From assembly GCA_043753585.1 (NCBI GenBank), contig JAYUWL010000302.1, positions 133-64,132 of the forward strand: a stretch of DNA of 64,000 nucleotides. Reading direction: 5' to 3'. The notes beneath the pieces were generated by a model, which made no database searches, was not told where the DNA came from, and saw nothing but the letters and a program-made list of their open reading frames with translations. Below, piece by piece: positions 43,689 to 53,199 of this stretch. Numbering within the stretch: the stretch's first letter is position 1; each line of letters starts with the position of its first letter. This stretch comes from Burkholderiales bacterium (GTDB lineage: Bacteria > Pseudomonadota > Gammaproteobacteria > Burkholderiales > Casimicrobiaceae). A program made the translations under genes and the position numbers.

Positions 43689-43830
43689 GGGCACTCCTGT
43701 AAATTCATTGTTCAGGCGAACTGCGGCGTTGCCCGGTGCTCGCAATCCTCAATTACCAGGGCGTACATTCCGGTTGCTGTGACCTGCGCCTTGCATTTCA
43801 TCCCGAGAAAATGAATTTCTAGAAGTGCCC
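43689..43830. mobile_element. 142-bp MITE-like element
   Basis: 21-bp terminal inverted repeats GGGCACTCCTGTAAATTCATT / AATGAATTTCTAGAAGTGCCC (18/21 match), flanked by TTAA / TTGA. Confidence 0.8.
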
Positions 43831-43991
43831 TTGATACTGGCCCTGATACCGGCGTCAGGCGAGCGGCTTCGGCGCTGATTCCATTTCTACGTTGTTGCTC
43901 CTCCTTGCCGTGCTCACGCACTGTCTGCAGCGTCGCGGCTAGTCTTCTATTGAATTAGAAATGGAATTACTATCGGCTTTTGCGAATGCGT

Positions 43992-45026
43992 TTAACGAGC
44001 CAGCTCGCGCGTCAGGTCAGCCGCGCTGATTTCTTTGCATCCAGTCGCGTTCTGGCCCGACCACAACGGCGAAAAGTCTCCGCTTCCGAGTTTTTCCGCC
44101 GCAGTGCGTAGCGGTGCGATAGCCGCCGTCGCCAGTGGAAACTCGGGAGCGGCGACGCTGATCGAACCGAGCTCCCGCATGATACGGTTGACGATGCCGC
44201 GCGCTGGGCGTCCGGTAAACAGGTTGGTCAAAGCGGTCTGGCGAGAAGTTTCGCTCTTAAGCGCTGCTCGATGCGGCCCGCTGGTCGTCGCTTCTGGGCA
44301 CAACAGGTACGCCGTGCCCACCTGCACGGCGACTGCGCCCAGCGAAAGCGCCGCCTGCACGCCTCTTGCGTCCGCGATGCCGCCCGCAGCGATCACTGGA
44401 ACGTTTACGGCGCGCACGATCTGCGGCAACAAAGCGAATGTGCCAACCTGCGTGGTGAGATCGCTCGACAGGAAGATGCCGCGATGGCCACCGGCCTCAA
44501 GCCCTTGTGCAATGATGGCGTCGACCCTATGGGCTTCGAGCCAGCGCGCTTCATCCACCGTCGTCGCCGACGACAGGATTTTTGCGCCCCACGAGCGCAA
44601 CCGCGCCACCAATTCCGCCGACGGCAATCCGAAATGAAAACTCACCACTGGTGGCTTGAATTCAGCAAGCACATCAGCCGCTTCAGCGGTGAACGGCTGG
44701 CGGCCAGGTGCTGCCGGAATCGTTGTCGGATCGATCCCGAATTCGGCGTAGTAGGGTGCCAGGGCGTCATGCCAGCGTTCTTCGCGCTCCGCGTTCGGCG
44801 GCGGTAGCGTGTGGCAGAAGAAATTTACGTTGAAAGGCTTGTCGGTTCGCGCCCGGATCGCGCAAAGCTCGCGCTTCAGTACATCCGGCGTGAGCATCGC
44901 GCAGGGCAGCGAGCCGAGCCCGCCCGCGTTCGACACGGCAACCGTCATGGCGGGGCCCTGAACGCCCGCCATCGGGGCCTGAATGATGGGCAAATCGATA
45001 CCGAGGAGAGCTTCAAGCGGGGTCAT
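43992..45026 (-). CDS. Nitronate monooxygenase family
   Basis: IIQAPMAG, QGLEAGGHRG, AAGGIAD. Confidence 0.93.
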   Translation of the reverse strand: MTPLEALLGIDLPIIQAPMAGVQGPAMTVAVSNAGGLGSLPCAMLTPDVLKRELCAIRARTDKPFNVNFFCHTLPPPNAEREERWHDALAPYYAEFGIDPTTIPAAPGRQPFTAEAADVLAEFKPPVVSFHFGLPSAELVARLRSWGAKILSSATTVDEARWLEAHRVDAIIAQGLEAGGHRGIFLSSDLTTQVGTFALLPQIVRAVNVPVIAAGGIADARGVQAALSLGAVAVQVGTAYLLCPEATTSGPHRAALKSETSRQTALTNLFTGRPARGIVNRIMRELGSISVAAPEFPLATAAIAPLRTAAEKLGSGDFSPLWSGQNATGCKEISAADLTRELAR

Positions 45027-45057
45027 ATGGGTGCGTTTTGAGAGCCATTGCGAACTA

Positions 45058-45173
45058 CAGCTTTACGTTGAATGCCTTATTTGATTGGGGCTGAGCGTAA
45101 ATTTCGGAGATAGTCGGTTATTTAAAAAAATAGCCTGTAGCCCAGTTGTGTTGGGCGTTACATGAAAAAGCTG
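45058..45173. repeat. 116-bp dyad element, full copy B
   Basis: CAGCTTTA..GGGGCTGA / ATAGTC|GGTTAT (45115|45116) / GTAGCCCA..AAAAGCTG. Confidence 0.88.
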
Positions 45174-45432
45174 GTCTTGTCCGTATCGCAACCTGAGGTG
45201 CTCACCGTGTCAACTCGACGTTACCAGCATTCGTCGAGCATGAGTTCCTTCTCGTTGCGATTTGAGTTCCTGCGCAAACCGGCACGCTATCAAAAGCGCG
45301 AGCTATTGTGAGCATTTGCAACGACGCATGACGCGGAAAGGCGGTGCTTTTATTAACAAGTCCAGAAATTTATGGGCGCCGTACTAGCCTGCTGCAGGTG
45401 CTTTTGAAATCGACGCGCACATAATGGACGGC

Positions 45433-46479
45433 ATGAATCGCGCCACAGCCTATGCCCTCCTCGCCGCAGCCCTGTTTGGGGCCAGCACACCCCTTGCGAA
45501 GGGGTTAATCGGAGAAATTTCACCCGTGCTGATGGGCGGTCTGCTTTATCTCGGCAGCGGCGTCGGACTGGGCGTTGCGCGCTTGCTGCGGGATGGCGGC
45601 TGGAAACCGTCGGGGCTTGGCAAAGGCGAATGGCGCTGGTTACTCGGTGCCATCTTTTTTGGCGGCATCGTCGGGCCGGTGGCGTTGTTGTTTGGATTGA
45701 CGCGTATCAGCGGGTCGACGGCATCGCTGCTTCTGAATCTGGAGGCGGTATTGACCGCGCTCATCGCATGGCTCGTGTTCAGGGAAAACGCGGGTCGTCG
45801 CGTTGTGCTCGGCATGGCAGCCATCGTGCTGGGCGGCGTCGTGCTGTCGTGGCCGTCGTCAGGCGGGGGAACCAGGGATTGGGTCGGGCCGGTGTTGATC
45901 GCCGCAGCCTGCATCTGTTGGGCGATTGACAACAATTTGACGCGTAAAGTATCGGCCTCCGACGCGTTGTTCATCGCAGGCAGCAAGGGGCTGATTGCTG
46001 GCGTCTTCAACACGCTGCTGGCGCTTGGTATGGGCGCTGAGCTTCCCGATGTGCCGACCGTGTCAACGACCCTGTTGCTGGGATTTTTGGGATACGGTTT
46101 AAGCCTGGTGCTGTTCGTGCTGGCGCTGCGCGGACTGGGCACTGCCCGTACTGGCGCCTACTTTTCTGTCGCGCCTTTCATGGGCGCGGCTGTGGCCATC
46201 GGATTGCTCGGCGAAGCGGCGACTCTGCCATTCTGGCTGGCCGCCACGTTAATGGCCCTTGGCGTTTGGCTGCACCTGACCGAGCATCACGCCCATCACC
46301 ATACGCATGATGCCGAGGCCCATGAGCACAGTCACTCGCATGATGAGCATCACCAGCACTCGCACAAAATTGCGTTTATGGGCGACGCTACGGCCACGCA
46401 TTCGCACTGGCACGAACATGGCGTAGTGACGCACAAACACCCGCACTTTCCGGATATTCATCACCGGCATGAACACTGA
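45433..46479 (+). CDS. EamA/DMT transporter with His-rich C-terminal tail
   Basis: About 10 TM helices; HAHHHTHDAEAHEHSHSHDEHHQHSH...HFPDIHHRHEH. Confidence 0.9.
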   Translation: MNRATAYALLAAALFGASTPLAKGLIGEISPVLMGGLLYLGSGVGLGVARLLRDGGWKPSGLGKGEWRWLLGAIFFGGIVGPVALLFGLTRISGSTASLLLNLEAVLTALIAWLVFRENAGRRVVLGMAAIVLGGVVLSWPSSGGGTRDWVGPVLIAAACICWAIDNNLTRKVSASDALFIAGSKGLIAGVFNTLLALGMGAELPDVPTVSTTLLLGFLGYGLSLVLFVLALRGLGTARTGAYFSVAPFMGAAVAIGLLGEAATLPFWLAATLMALGVWLHLTEHHAHHHTHDAEAHEHSHSHDEHHQHSHKIAFMGDATATHSHWHEHGVVTHKHPHFPDIHHRHEH

Positions 46480-46505
46480 TCGGCTCGGGTTTTGGCGACG
46501 ACGCT

Positions 46506-47537
46506 TCAGTGCGACAACGCCGCAAGGCGAAGCCCCGGCTCCTGCATCGCCGCAATTTGCTCGCGCAGCTCAAGCACGCGGTCCTGCCAATAGCGCTGCG
46601 TGTTGAACCACGGGAAGGCTGCGGGGAACGCCGGGTCGTGCCAGCGGCGGGCGATCCAGCCTGAATAGTGCAAAAGACGCAGCGTGCGTAGCGCTTCGAT
46701 CAATTGCAATTCGTTGTCATCGAATTCGCAAAAGTCTTCGTAGCCTTTGATGATGCTGGCTAGTTGGCCCTGCATCGCGTCGCGCTCACCGGACAACAGC
46801 ATCCACAAGTCCTGAACGGCAGGCCCCATGCGGCAATCATCAAAATCCACGAAATGCGGTCCGCTGTCGTTCCAGAGCACGTTGCTCGCGTGGCAATCGC
46901 CGTGCAGGCGAATGGATTTCACGGTGCCGACACGGTCGAAAATTTCATGAATTCCTTCAAGCGCCATCGCGCTCACGCTTGACCACGCGGGCAGCAAATC
47001 GCCGGGAATGAAGTGGTTGTCGAGCAGAAATGCGCGCGGTTCGATGCCGAATGACTCGATGTCAAGCGTGGGTCTCTCGGCAAACCGACGCAGCTCGCCA
47101 ATCGCGTGAATACGGCCAATAAATCGCCCCATCCAGGTCAGCGTTTCCATGTTGTCAAGTTCAGGCGATCGGCCCGACAAACGCGGCGTCACCGAGAAAC
47201 GAAAACCTTCAAACTCGTTCAATGTTTTGCCGCTGAGCAACATCGGTGGCACGGCGGGAATTTCGCGCTCCGCCAACTCCGCGACGAATGCATGCTCTTC
47301 GAGAATCGCGGCAGTGGTCCAGCGTTGCGGGCGATAAAACTTGGCAACCACGCTGACTCCGAACGGCACTGGTTCTTCCAGCCAAACCTGATACACCCGG
47401 TTTTCGTAGCTATTCAGCGCGATCAGGCGACCGTCGCCGCGCAAGCCAACAGATTCAAGCGCGTTGAGCACGGTGTCCGGCGTCAGTTGCGCATAGGGTT
47501 GCGGGGAATGGGTGGTTGCAGGTGAAGTGGCTGACAT
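46506..47537 (-). CDS. srkA: Ser/Thr kinase SrkA/RdoA
   Basis: LNSYENRVY, KFYRP, LHGDCH..N, DFDD, DPAFP.AFPWF. Confidence 0.94.
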   Translation of the reverse strand: MSATSPATTHSPQPYAQLTPDTVLNALESVGLRGDGRLIALNSYENRVYQVWLEEPVPFGVSVVAKFYRPQRWTTAAILEEHAFVAELAEREIPAVPPMLLSGKTLNEFEGFRFSVTPRLSGRSPELDNMETLTWMGRFIGRIHAIGELRRFAERPTLDIESFGIEPRAFLLDNHFIPGDLLPAWSSVSAMALEGIHEIFDRVGTVKSIRLHGDCHASNVLWNDSGPHFVDFDDCRMGPAVQDLWMLLSGERDAMQGQLASIIKGYEDFCEFDDNELQLIEALRTLRLLHYSGWIARRWHDPAFPAAFPWFNTQRYWQDRVLELREQIAAMQEPGLRLAALSH

Positions 47538-47632
47538 TCACCATTATCGCAACGTTAGGCCGGTGCCGGGCGATGCGCCCGTGCACCAGCCGGAACTCTT
47601 GAATTGAGATAATTGAAGGAGTTCTTTACCCG

Positions 47633-48448
47633 ATGCCCCTATTGCTTTTCCATTCTGCGTTTTACAAATTTGTTGAATTAACCGACCCGGATGCGGTTGC
47701 CGGGGCGATGCGCGAACTCGCACGCGAACTCACGGGCAGCATTCTGGTTGCGAGTGAAGGTATCAATGGAGTTGTCGCCGGGACCACCACGGCGCTGGAC
47801 GCATTTGAGGCGACGCTGGCGCAGGGCCGGTCATTCAATGGTGCGTTTGTGGGGATCGCCTTCAAGCGAAGCGCCTGTACATCGCGGCCCTTTTTCAAAA
47901 TGCGCGTTCACGTGAAACGCGAGATCGTTGCGTTCGGCATTGATGGCGTTCGGCCCGATGCCAATAGCGACAACAATGTGAGTCCTGCTGAGTGGCGGCG
48001 TCTGCTCGCGCGTGACGACGTGGTGGTCATCGACAACCGCAACAGTTTTGAATATCGTCTTGGAAAATTCAAAGGCGCGATCAATCCGCAGGTGCCAAAC
48101 TTTCGTGATTTTCCGAAATATGTTGAAGCTAACGCACCCGAATGGAAGGCGGAAGGCAAGACCGTGGCGATGTATTGCACGGGCGGCATTCGTTGCGAAA
48201 AATCGAGCGCATGGATGCAGGATTTGGGGTTGAACGTGGTGCAGCTTGAGGGCGGAATCCTCAACTATTTTCAGTCGATGCCGGATGCCGAGAAGGATTG
48301 GGACGGCGAATGTTTCGTGTTCGATAACCGCATCGCGCTTGATACAAAGTTGCAGGAGACGGCAACGACCTATGAAGATGTTTATGCCAGTGAGCCTGAT
48401 GGTGAGTGGCGCGTAGCTCGGGCGAAACGCCTCGATTTAGCAGGGTAA
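47633..48448 (+). CDS. TrhO/YceA-like rhodanese-domain protein, paralog 2
   Basis: GSILVASEGING, DNRNSFE, YCTGGIRCEK, CFVFDNR. Confidence 0.9.
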   Translation: MPLLLFHSAFYKFVELTDPDAVAGAMRELARELTGSILVASEGINGVVAGTTTALDAFEATLAQGRSFNGAFVGIAFKRSACTSRPFFKMRVHVKREIVAFGIDGVRPDANSDNNVSPAEWRRLLARDDVVVIDNRNSFEYRLGKFKGAINPQVPNFRDFPKYVEANAPEWKAEGKTVAMYCTGGIRCEKSSAWMQDLGLNVVQLEGGILNYFQSMPDAEKDWDGECFVFDNRIALDTKLQETATTYEDVYASEPDGEWRVARAKRLDLAG

Positions 48449-48449
48449 A

Positions 48450-49382
48450 TTGCGCGACATCGTTCGTCCCATGCGCGATGGCGTGAGCGCCAGTTGTGTG
48501 GCGCTGCCTTCAGCGCAATTGGGCTCGTGGCGCACCACGCTTGACTTTCTGGTTAAGCGATTCCCGTCGGTCTCGCGTGACACTTGGGTGGCGCGAATCG
48601 GCCTTGGCGAGGTGTCTGACGAAGCCGGTGACTGCATCACGGTGCAAACGCTGTTCACACCCGGTCAAAAAATTTACTACTTCCGAAGTGTTGCCGCAGA
48701 ACCGCACGTTCCGTTTGCAGAAACAATCGTGTTCCAGGACGAACACATTCTCGTTGCTGACAAGCCGCATTTTTTGCCTGTCGTCCCAGCGGGGCGATTT
48801 GTTCAGCAGACATTGCTCGTTCGGCTCAAGCGCAGGTTGGGCATTGACACGCTGTCACCGGCGCATCGAATTGATCGCGACACGGCGGGCCTCGTGCTGT
48901 TTACGATTGAACCTCAAGCGCGCGATGCGTACCAGCGCATGTTTCGCGATCGCGCTGTCGAAAAGCGCTATGAAGCCGTCGCGTCCGTCAGTGCCGATCT
49001 CACCTTTCCGATAACGCGCCGCAGCCGTCTGATTGAAAGCGCGGCATTCATGCAGATGTGCGAAGTGCCCGGCGAGCCAAATGCCGAAACACATATTGAA
49101 CTGTTGGAAACGCGAGGGGCGCTGGCCCGCTATTCGCTGCGCCCTGTCACGGGGCAGAAGCATCAACTGCGCGCTCACATGGCCTTGCTGGGAATTCCAA
49201 TCGTCAATGATCGTATTTATCCGAATCTGCTCCCCGACGAGCCGGTCGATACCGTCTTGAAGCCACTGCAGTTGCTGGCCAGCGAAATCGCGTTTGTCGA
49301 TCCGATCAACGGGAAATCGCGGCGGTTTTTGAGTTGCCAGCGACTGATGGCGCTTGAAACTGACGCCGACGCGCGGGCTTGA
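48450..49382 (+). CDS. RluA-family pseudouridine synthase (start uncertain)
   Basis: DKPHFLP, HRIDRDTAG, TGQKHQLRAH. Confidence 0.9.
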   Translation: MRDIVRPMRDGVSASCVALPSAQLGSWRTTLDFLVKRFPSVSRDTWVARIGLGEVSDEAGDCITVQTLFTPGQKIYYFRSVAAEPHVPFAETIVFQDEHILVADKPHFLPVVPAGRFVQQTLLVRLKRRLGIDTLSPAHRIDRDTAGLVLFTIEPQARDAYQRMFRDRAVEKRYEAVASVSADLTFPITRRSRLIESAAFMQMCEVPGEPNAETHIELLETRGALARYSLRPVTGQKHQLRAHMALLGIPIVNDRIYPNLLPDEPVDTVLKPLQLLASEIAFVDPINGKSRRFLSCQRLMALETDADARA

Positions 49383-49431
49383 GGCAGGCCGCACTTATCA
49401 TTTCATGTAAATACTGAAGGAGTGAATTCAC

Positions 49432-50208
49432 ATGAATAGTCTGCCCGTCAATACGTTTAAGCAAAAGCTGGCCGCCAACAAAGTGCTGATTGGGCTGTGG
49501 TGCAACTTTGCGCATTTGCCGATCACGGAAATCGTTGCGCAGTCGGGCTATGACTGGCTGCTGCTTGACATGGAACATTCGCCGACTGATCTTGCGACCA
49601 TCGGCATGCTCATGCTGGCGACAAAAAATTTGCCGACACACGCCGTGGTGCGCGTGCCGTCGAACGACATGACAACAATCAAGCGGGCGCTTGACACCGG
49701 CGTGACTAACCTCATGATCCCGAACATTCGCAGCGCGGCGGAGGCGGCCGAGGCGGTGTCCTACACTCGATTCGCGCCGCAGGGTCTGCGCGGCGTGGCG
49801 GGCAGCACGCGCGGCGGTGGCTACACGCGCTACAAGGATTACATGGCCCGTGCCAACGATGAAATCGGTCTCGTTCTGCAGATCGAAACGCCGGAAGCGC
49901 TGGCTGAGCTTGATGCGATCTGCCGCACGCCCGGCGTTGATGCCGTCTTCATCGGCCCGTCTGATCTCGCCGCCAGTCTGGGCTACCGAGGCCACGCTAA
50001 CGGTCCCGAAGTCCAGGCTGAAATCAGCAAAGCATTTGCAGTTGCCAAAGCAGCCAACAAAGCGATTGGCATTCTCAGCACCGACGGAAATGCCGCAAAA
50101 TATCTGGAGCAGGGCGCAACGCTGGTTGGCGTTGGCACTGATGTGCACGTCATGGTGCGCGCGGCGGACGAGCTGGCGGCGAAGTTTAAGGATTGGCAGG
50201 GCAAGTAG
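49432..50208 (+). CDS. HpcH/HpaI aldolase family
   Basis: DMEHSP, QIET, FIGPSDL. Confidence 0.92.
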   Translation: MNSLPVNTFKQKLAANKVLIGLWCNFAHLPITEIVAQSGYDWLLLDMEHSPTDLATIGMLMLATKNLPTHAVVRVPSNDMTTIKRALDTGVTNLMIPNIRSAAEAAEAVSYTRFAPQGLRGVAGSTRGGGYTRYKDYMARANDEIGLVLQIETPEALAELDAICRTPGVDAVFIGPSDLAASLGYRGHANGPEVQAEISKAFAVAKAANKAIGILSTDGNAAKYLEQGATLVGVGTDVHVMVRAADELAAKFKDWQGK

Positions 50209-50281
50209 CCAGCAGCTGGAAGTGAGCGACGGGCTGCGTTTTTGTATAGAACCGACGGCGCCATTGCGTGCAACTTGTAAT

Positions 50282-50397
50282 CAGCTTTGTCATGAAATGA
50301 CCAATCAACTGGGGCTAATCGCGTAAAACGTCGATTATCGACTTACGCATAAATTAAGCGCTATCCCTTGTGAAGTGGTCGTTTTGGCAAAAAGCTG
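50282..50397. repeat. 116-bp dyad element, full copy C
   Basis: CAGCTTTG..GGGGCTAA / TTATC|GACTT (50339|50340) / CTATCCCT..AAAAGCTG. Confidence 0.88.
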
Positions 50398-50402
50398 CCG
50401 CT

Positions 50403-50576
50403 TCAACTGCTATCTGCGACGATCGAGCAAACGCACTGCTGCGCCTGACACGCCACGCCCGCGAGCGGCCCCTGCGTCAATTCGCGCGAAAGCGAAAGCA
50501 ACATGTCTGGTCCCGGAATGGCGATGATGACGGCGACGGCGGGAAGGTAGAGGAGTGTTTGTTCGAGCAGCAGCAT
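50403..50576 (-). pseudogene. LysE/RhtB family 5' fragment
   Basis: LYLPAVAVIIAIPGPDMLLSLSR..QG..AG followed by loss of similarity and an early stop. Confidence 0.7.
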
Positions 50577-50650
50577 CGAGCGTTTACTCACGGTCAGAAA
50601 GTCTGGCCGATCGCGCGACACGCGATGCATCATGGCTAGCCCGCAAATGG

Positions 50651-50674
50651 AAAAAGCCCGCTGTGAGGGCTTTT
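50651..50674. terminator. Intrinsic terminator after the Bug-family gene
   Basis: AAAAAGCCC-gctgtga-GGGCTTTT. Confidence 0.85.
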
Positions 50675-50692
50675 CTGATGTTGCAAGCTGGG

Positions 50693-51661
50693 TTACAGCT
50701 CCAGCGAAATCTTCTTCGCGTCCACCACGCGCTTCCACTTGGCAACCTCGCGTTTGACGGTTTCGGTAAACTGTTCTGGTGTGCTTGCGATGACGAACGC
50801 GCCGTTATCTTCAAATTTCTTGATGGTGTCCGGGTCTTTCAGCACGACCATTGAAGCATCGTAAATGCTCTTCACGATGTCTTTGGGCATGTTGGCCGGG
50901 CCGACAAAGCCGAACCACGTATCGGCTTCGTAGTTTTTCAAACCGAGTTCAGCAAACGTCGGCACGTTTGGCAACTGCGGGATGCGCTTCGGAAACGCAA
51001 GTCCGATAGGCACGAAGTTGCCCGCCTTGATCTGTGCCAGCGACGACGACAGGTTGTCCCACATGATGGGCACGTTTCCGGCGACCACATCGGTCACCGC
51101 CGGGCCAGCGCCCTTATAAGCAATGTGTTGCGCGTCGGTGCCTGTTTCAACCAGGAAAAGTTCCATCGCGAGGTGGCCTACTGCGCCAGCGCCCGAGCTC
51201 GCATAGCTGTACTTGCCGGGGTTGGCTTTCAATTCGGCGACTAGCGACTTGAAGTCTTTCTGCGGGAAATTCTTATTGACAACGATGATGCCGGGCACCG
51301 ACGCCAGATTCGTGATGTGGGTGAATTGTGTCAGCGGATCAAGCTTGTTGTTTTTGTAGGCGACGATGTTCGTGCCCATTGTCGAGACGGAACCCATACC
51401 GATGACATAGCCGTCAGCCGGGGCTTTGGCGATTTCGTTGGCACCGATCGAGCCACCCGCGCCGGCGCGGTTTTCCACGATGACAGGCTGCCCGAGAATC
51501 GGCGCCATTTTGGCCGCCATGATGCGGGCGACGATGTCGGTCGTGCCCCCCGGCGCGAACGGCACGATGATTTTGATCGGCTTTGACGGGTAGGCCTGAG
51601 CGAAGGTGACGCCGGCGGCGCAGGCAGCGGCGACAGCTGCGATGGTCTTGATGAAGTGCAT
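50693..51661 (-). CDS. Bug/TctC tripartite tricarboxylate transporter receptor
   Basis: YPSKPIKIIVPFAPGGTTD, ENRAGAGG, YKGAGPA. Confidence 0.95.
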   Translation of the reverse strand: MHFIKTIAAVAAACAAGVTFAQAYPSKPIKIIVPFAPGGTTDIVARIMAAKMAPILGQPVIVENRAGAGGSIGANEIAKAPADGYVIGMGSVSTMGTNIVAYKNNKLDPLTQFTHITNLASVPGIIVVNKNFPQKDFKSLVAELKANPGKYSYASSGAGAVGHLAMELFLVETGTDAQHIAYKGAGPAVTDVVAGNVPIMWDNLSSSLAQIKAGNFVPIGLAFPKRIPQLPNVPTFAELGLKNYEADTWFGFVGPANMPKDIVKSIYDASMVVLKDPDTIKKFEDNGAFVIASTPEQFTETVKREVAKWKRVVDAKKISLEL

Positions 51662-51721
51662 ATGACGATCCTCTGAAAAATTTGAACTCGACCTGAACTG
51701 GGTTTGACCGCGAGTTTAGGA

Positions 51722-53095
51722 CTAAAACGGCAGAACCAGTTCGGGGTTGACCCGAGCAAACTGGCTACGGAAATCGTCCTGAATCCGCGTCAGCGCCTCC
51801 GGGGTATCCGCCTCAAATCGGAGCACGATAACGGGTGTGGTGTTCGACGGACGCGCAAGCCCGAAGCCATCGGCGTACTCAACGCGCATGCCGTCAATAG
51901 TCGCGATGCGCGTCGCCGTCGGGAATCTGGCCGTGGCTTTCAGCTGCTCCATCAACGTGAAATGCTCGCCCTCGGCGCATTTCAAATTTAACTCGGGCGT
52001 GGACGGCGCGTTCGGCAAGTCCTCAAGCACTTTGCTCGCGTCTGCCGCTTTGGAAACGATCTCAAGAAGGCGCGCGCCGCAATAAATCGCATCATCAAAA
52101 CCGTACCAGCGCTCTTTAAAAAAGATATGTCCACTCATCTCGCCAGCGAGCGGCGCGCCGGTTTCCTTGAGCTTCGCCTTGACCAGTGAATGTCCCGTTT
52201 TCCACATGAGTGGAACACCGCCGTGAGCGACGATGTATTTGTCGAGCAGGCGCGTGCATTTCACGTCATAAATGATTGTTGCGCCGGGGTTGCGCGACAG
52301 GACATCACCCGCGAACAACATCATTTGGCGGTCGGGAAAAATCACTTCGCCGGATTTCGTGACCACGCCCAGACGATCGCCGTCGCCGTCGAACGCCAGG
52401 CCCAGCTCAACATCGGTTTCCTTGACAACTTTGATCAGGTCTTCGAGGTTTTCCAGTTTTGATGGATCGGGGTGGTGGTTCGGAAAATTTCCATCGATTT
52501 CGCAGAACATTTCCGTGACGTCACAGCCCAGTGCGCGGAAGATTTTGGGGGCCAGGACGCCCGCCGCGCCATTGCCGCAATCGACGGCGATCTTCATGGG
52601 GCGCGAGAGTTTTGCGTCACCCACGATGCGGGCGACGTAGGCGTCGTTGATGTCGGCGGTGGACTGGGTTCCTTTGCCGGTCTTTACGTCGCCTGCCTCG
52701 GCGCGGGTCTTCAGCGACAAAATAGTGTCGCCCCAAATCGCCTCACCGGCGACGACCATCTTGATGCCGTTGTAGTCCGGTGGATTGTGGCTGCCCGTCA
52801 CGCTGACGCACGATCCGGTGCCGAGCGCGTGCCCCGCGAAGTATGAGACAGGCGTCGGCGCCATTCCAATGTCAATCGCGTTGCAGCCGGTGGAGATGAT
52901 GCCGTCACGCAACGCCTGAGAAAGTGCGGGGCCCGAGAGTCGTCCATCGCGGCCGACCGCGATGGAGCCCGCGCCGCGTTCCAGCGACAAAGAGCCAAGC
53001 GCCTGTCCAATCGCATAGGCGATTTCCGGAGTCAGCGTTTTGCCAACGATGCCACGAATATCGTAAGCCTTGAAAATTTCTGAGGGGAGTTGCAT
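51722..53095 (-). CDS. algC: Phosphomannomutase/phosphoglucomutase
   Basis: FKAYDIRG, TGSHNP, FDGDGDR, GEMSGH. Confidence 0.93.
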   Translation of the reverse strand: MQLPSEIFKAYDIRGIVGKTLTPEIAYAIGQALGSLSLERGAGSIAVGRDGRLSGPALSQALRDGIISTGCNAIDIGMAPTPVSYFAGHALGTGSCVSVTGSHNPPDYNGIKMVVAGEAIWGDTILSLKTRAEAGDVKTGKGTQSTADINDAYVARIVGDAKLSRPMKIAVDCGNGAAGVLAPKIFRALGCDVTEMFCEIDGNFPNHHPDPSKLENLEDLIKVVKETDVELGLAFDGDGDRLGVVTKSGEVIFPDRQMMLFAGDVLSRNPGATIIYDVKCTRLLDKYIVAHGGVPLMWKTGHSLVKAKLKETGAPLAGEMSGHIFFKERWYGFDDAIYCGARLLEIVSKAADASKVLEDLPNAPSTPELNLKCAEGEHFTLMEQLKATARFPTATRIATIDGMRVEYADGFGLARPSNTTPVIVLRFEADTPEALTRIQDDFRSQFARVNPELVLPF

Positions 53096-53117
53096 GAATG
53101 ATTTTGTGTGGATTTTT

Positions 53118-53186
53118 TGTAGGAGCGGCTCTGCCGCGACCCATTGCCTTGAGCCGAACGCGGGTCGCGGCAGAGCCTCTCCTACA
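53118..53186. repeat. REP doublet, best-preserved copy
   Basis: TGTAGGAGCGGCTCTGCCGCGACCC ... GGGTCGCGGCAGAGCCTCTCCTACA. Confidence 0.9.
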
Positions 53187-53199
53187 AAGGAAAGAATCG

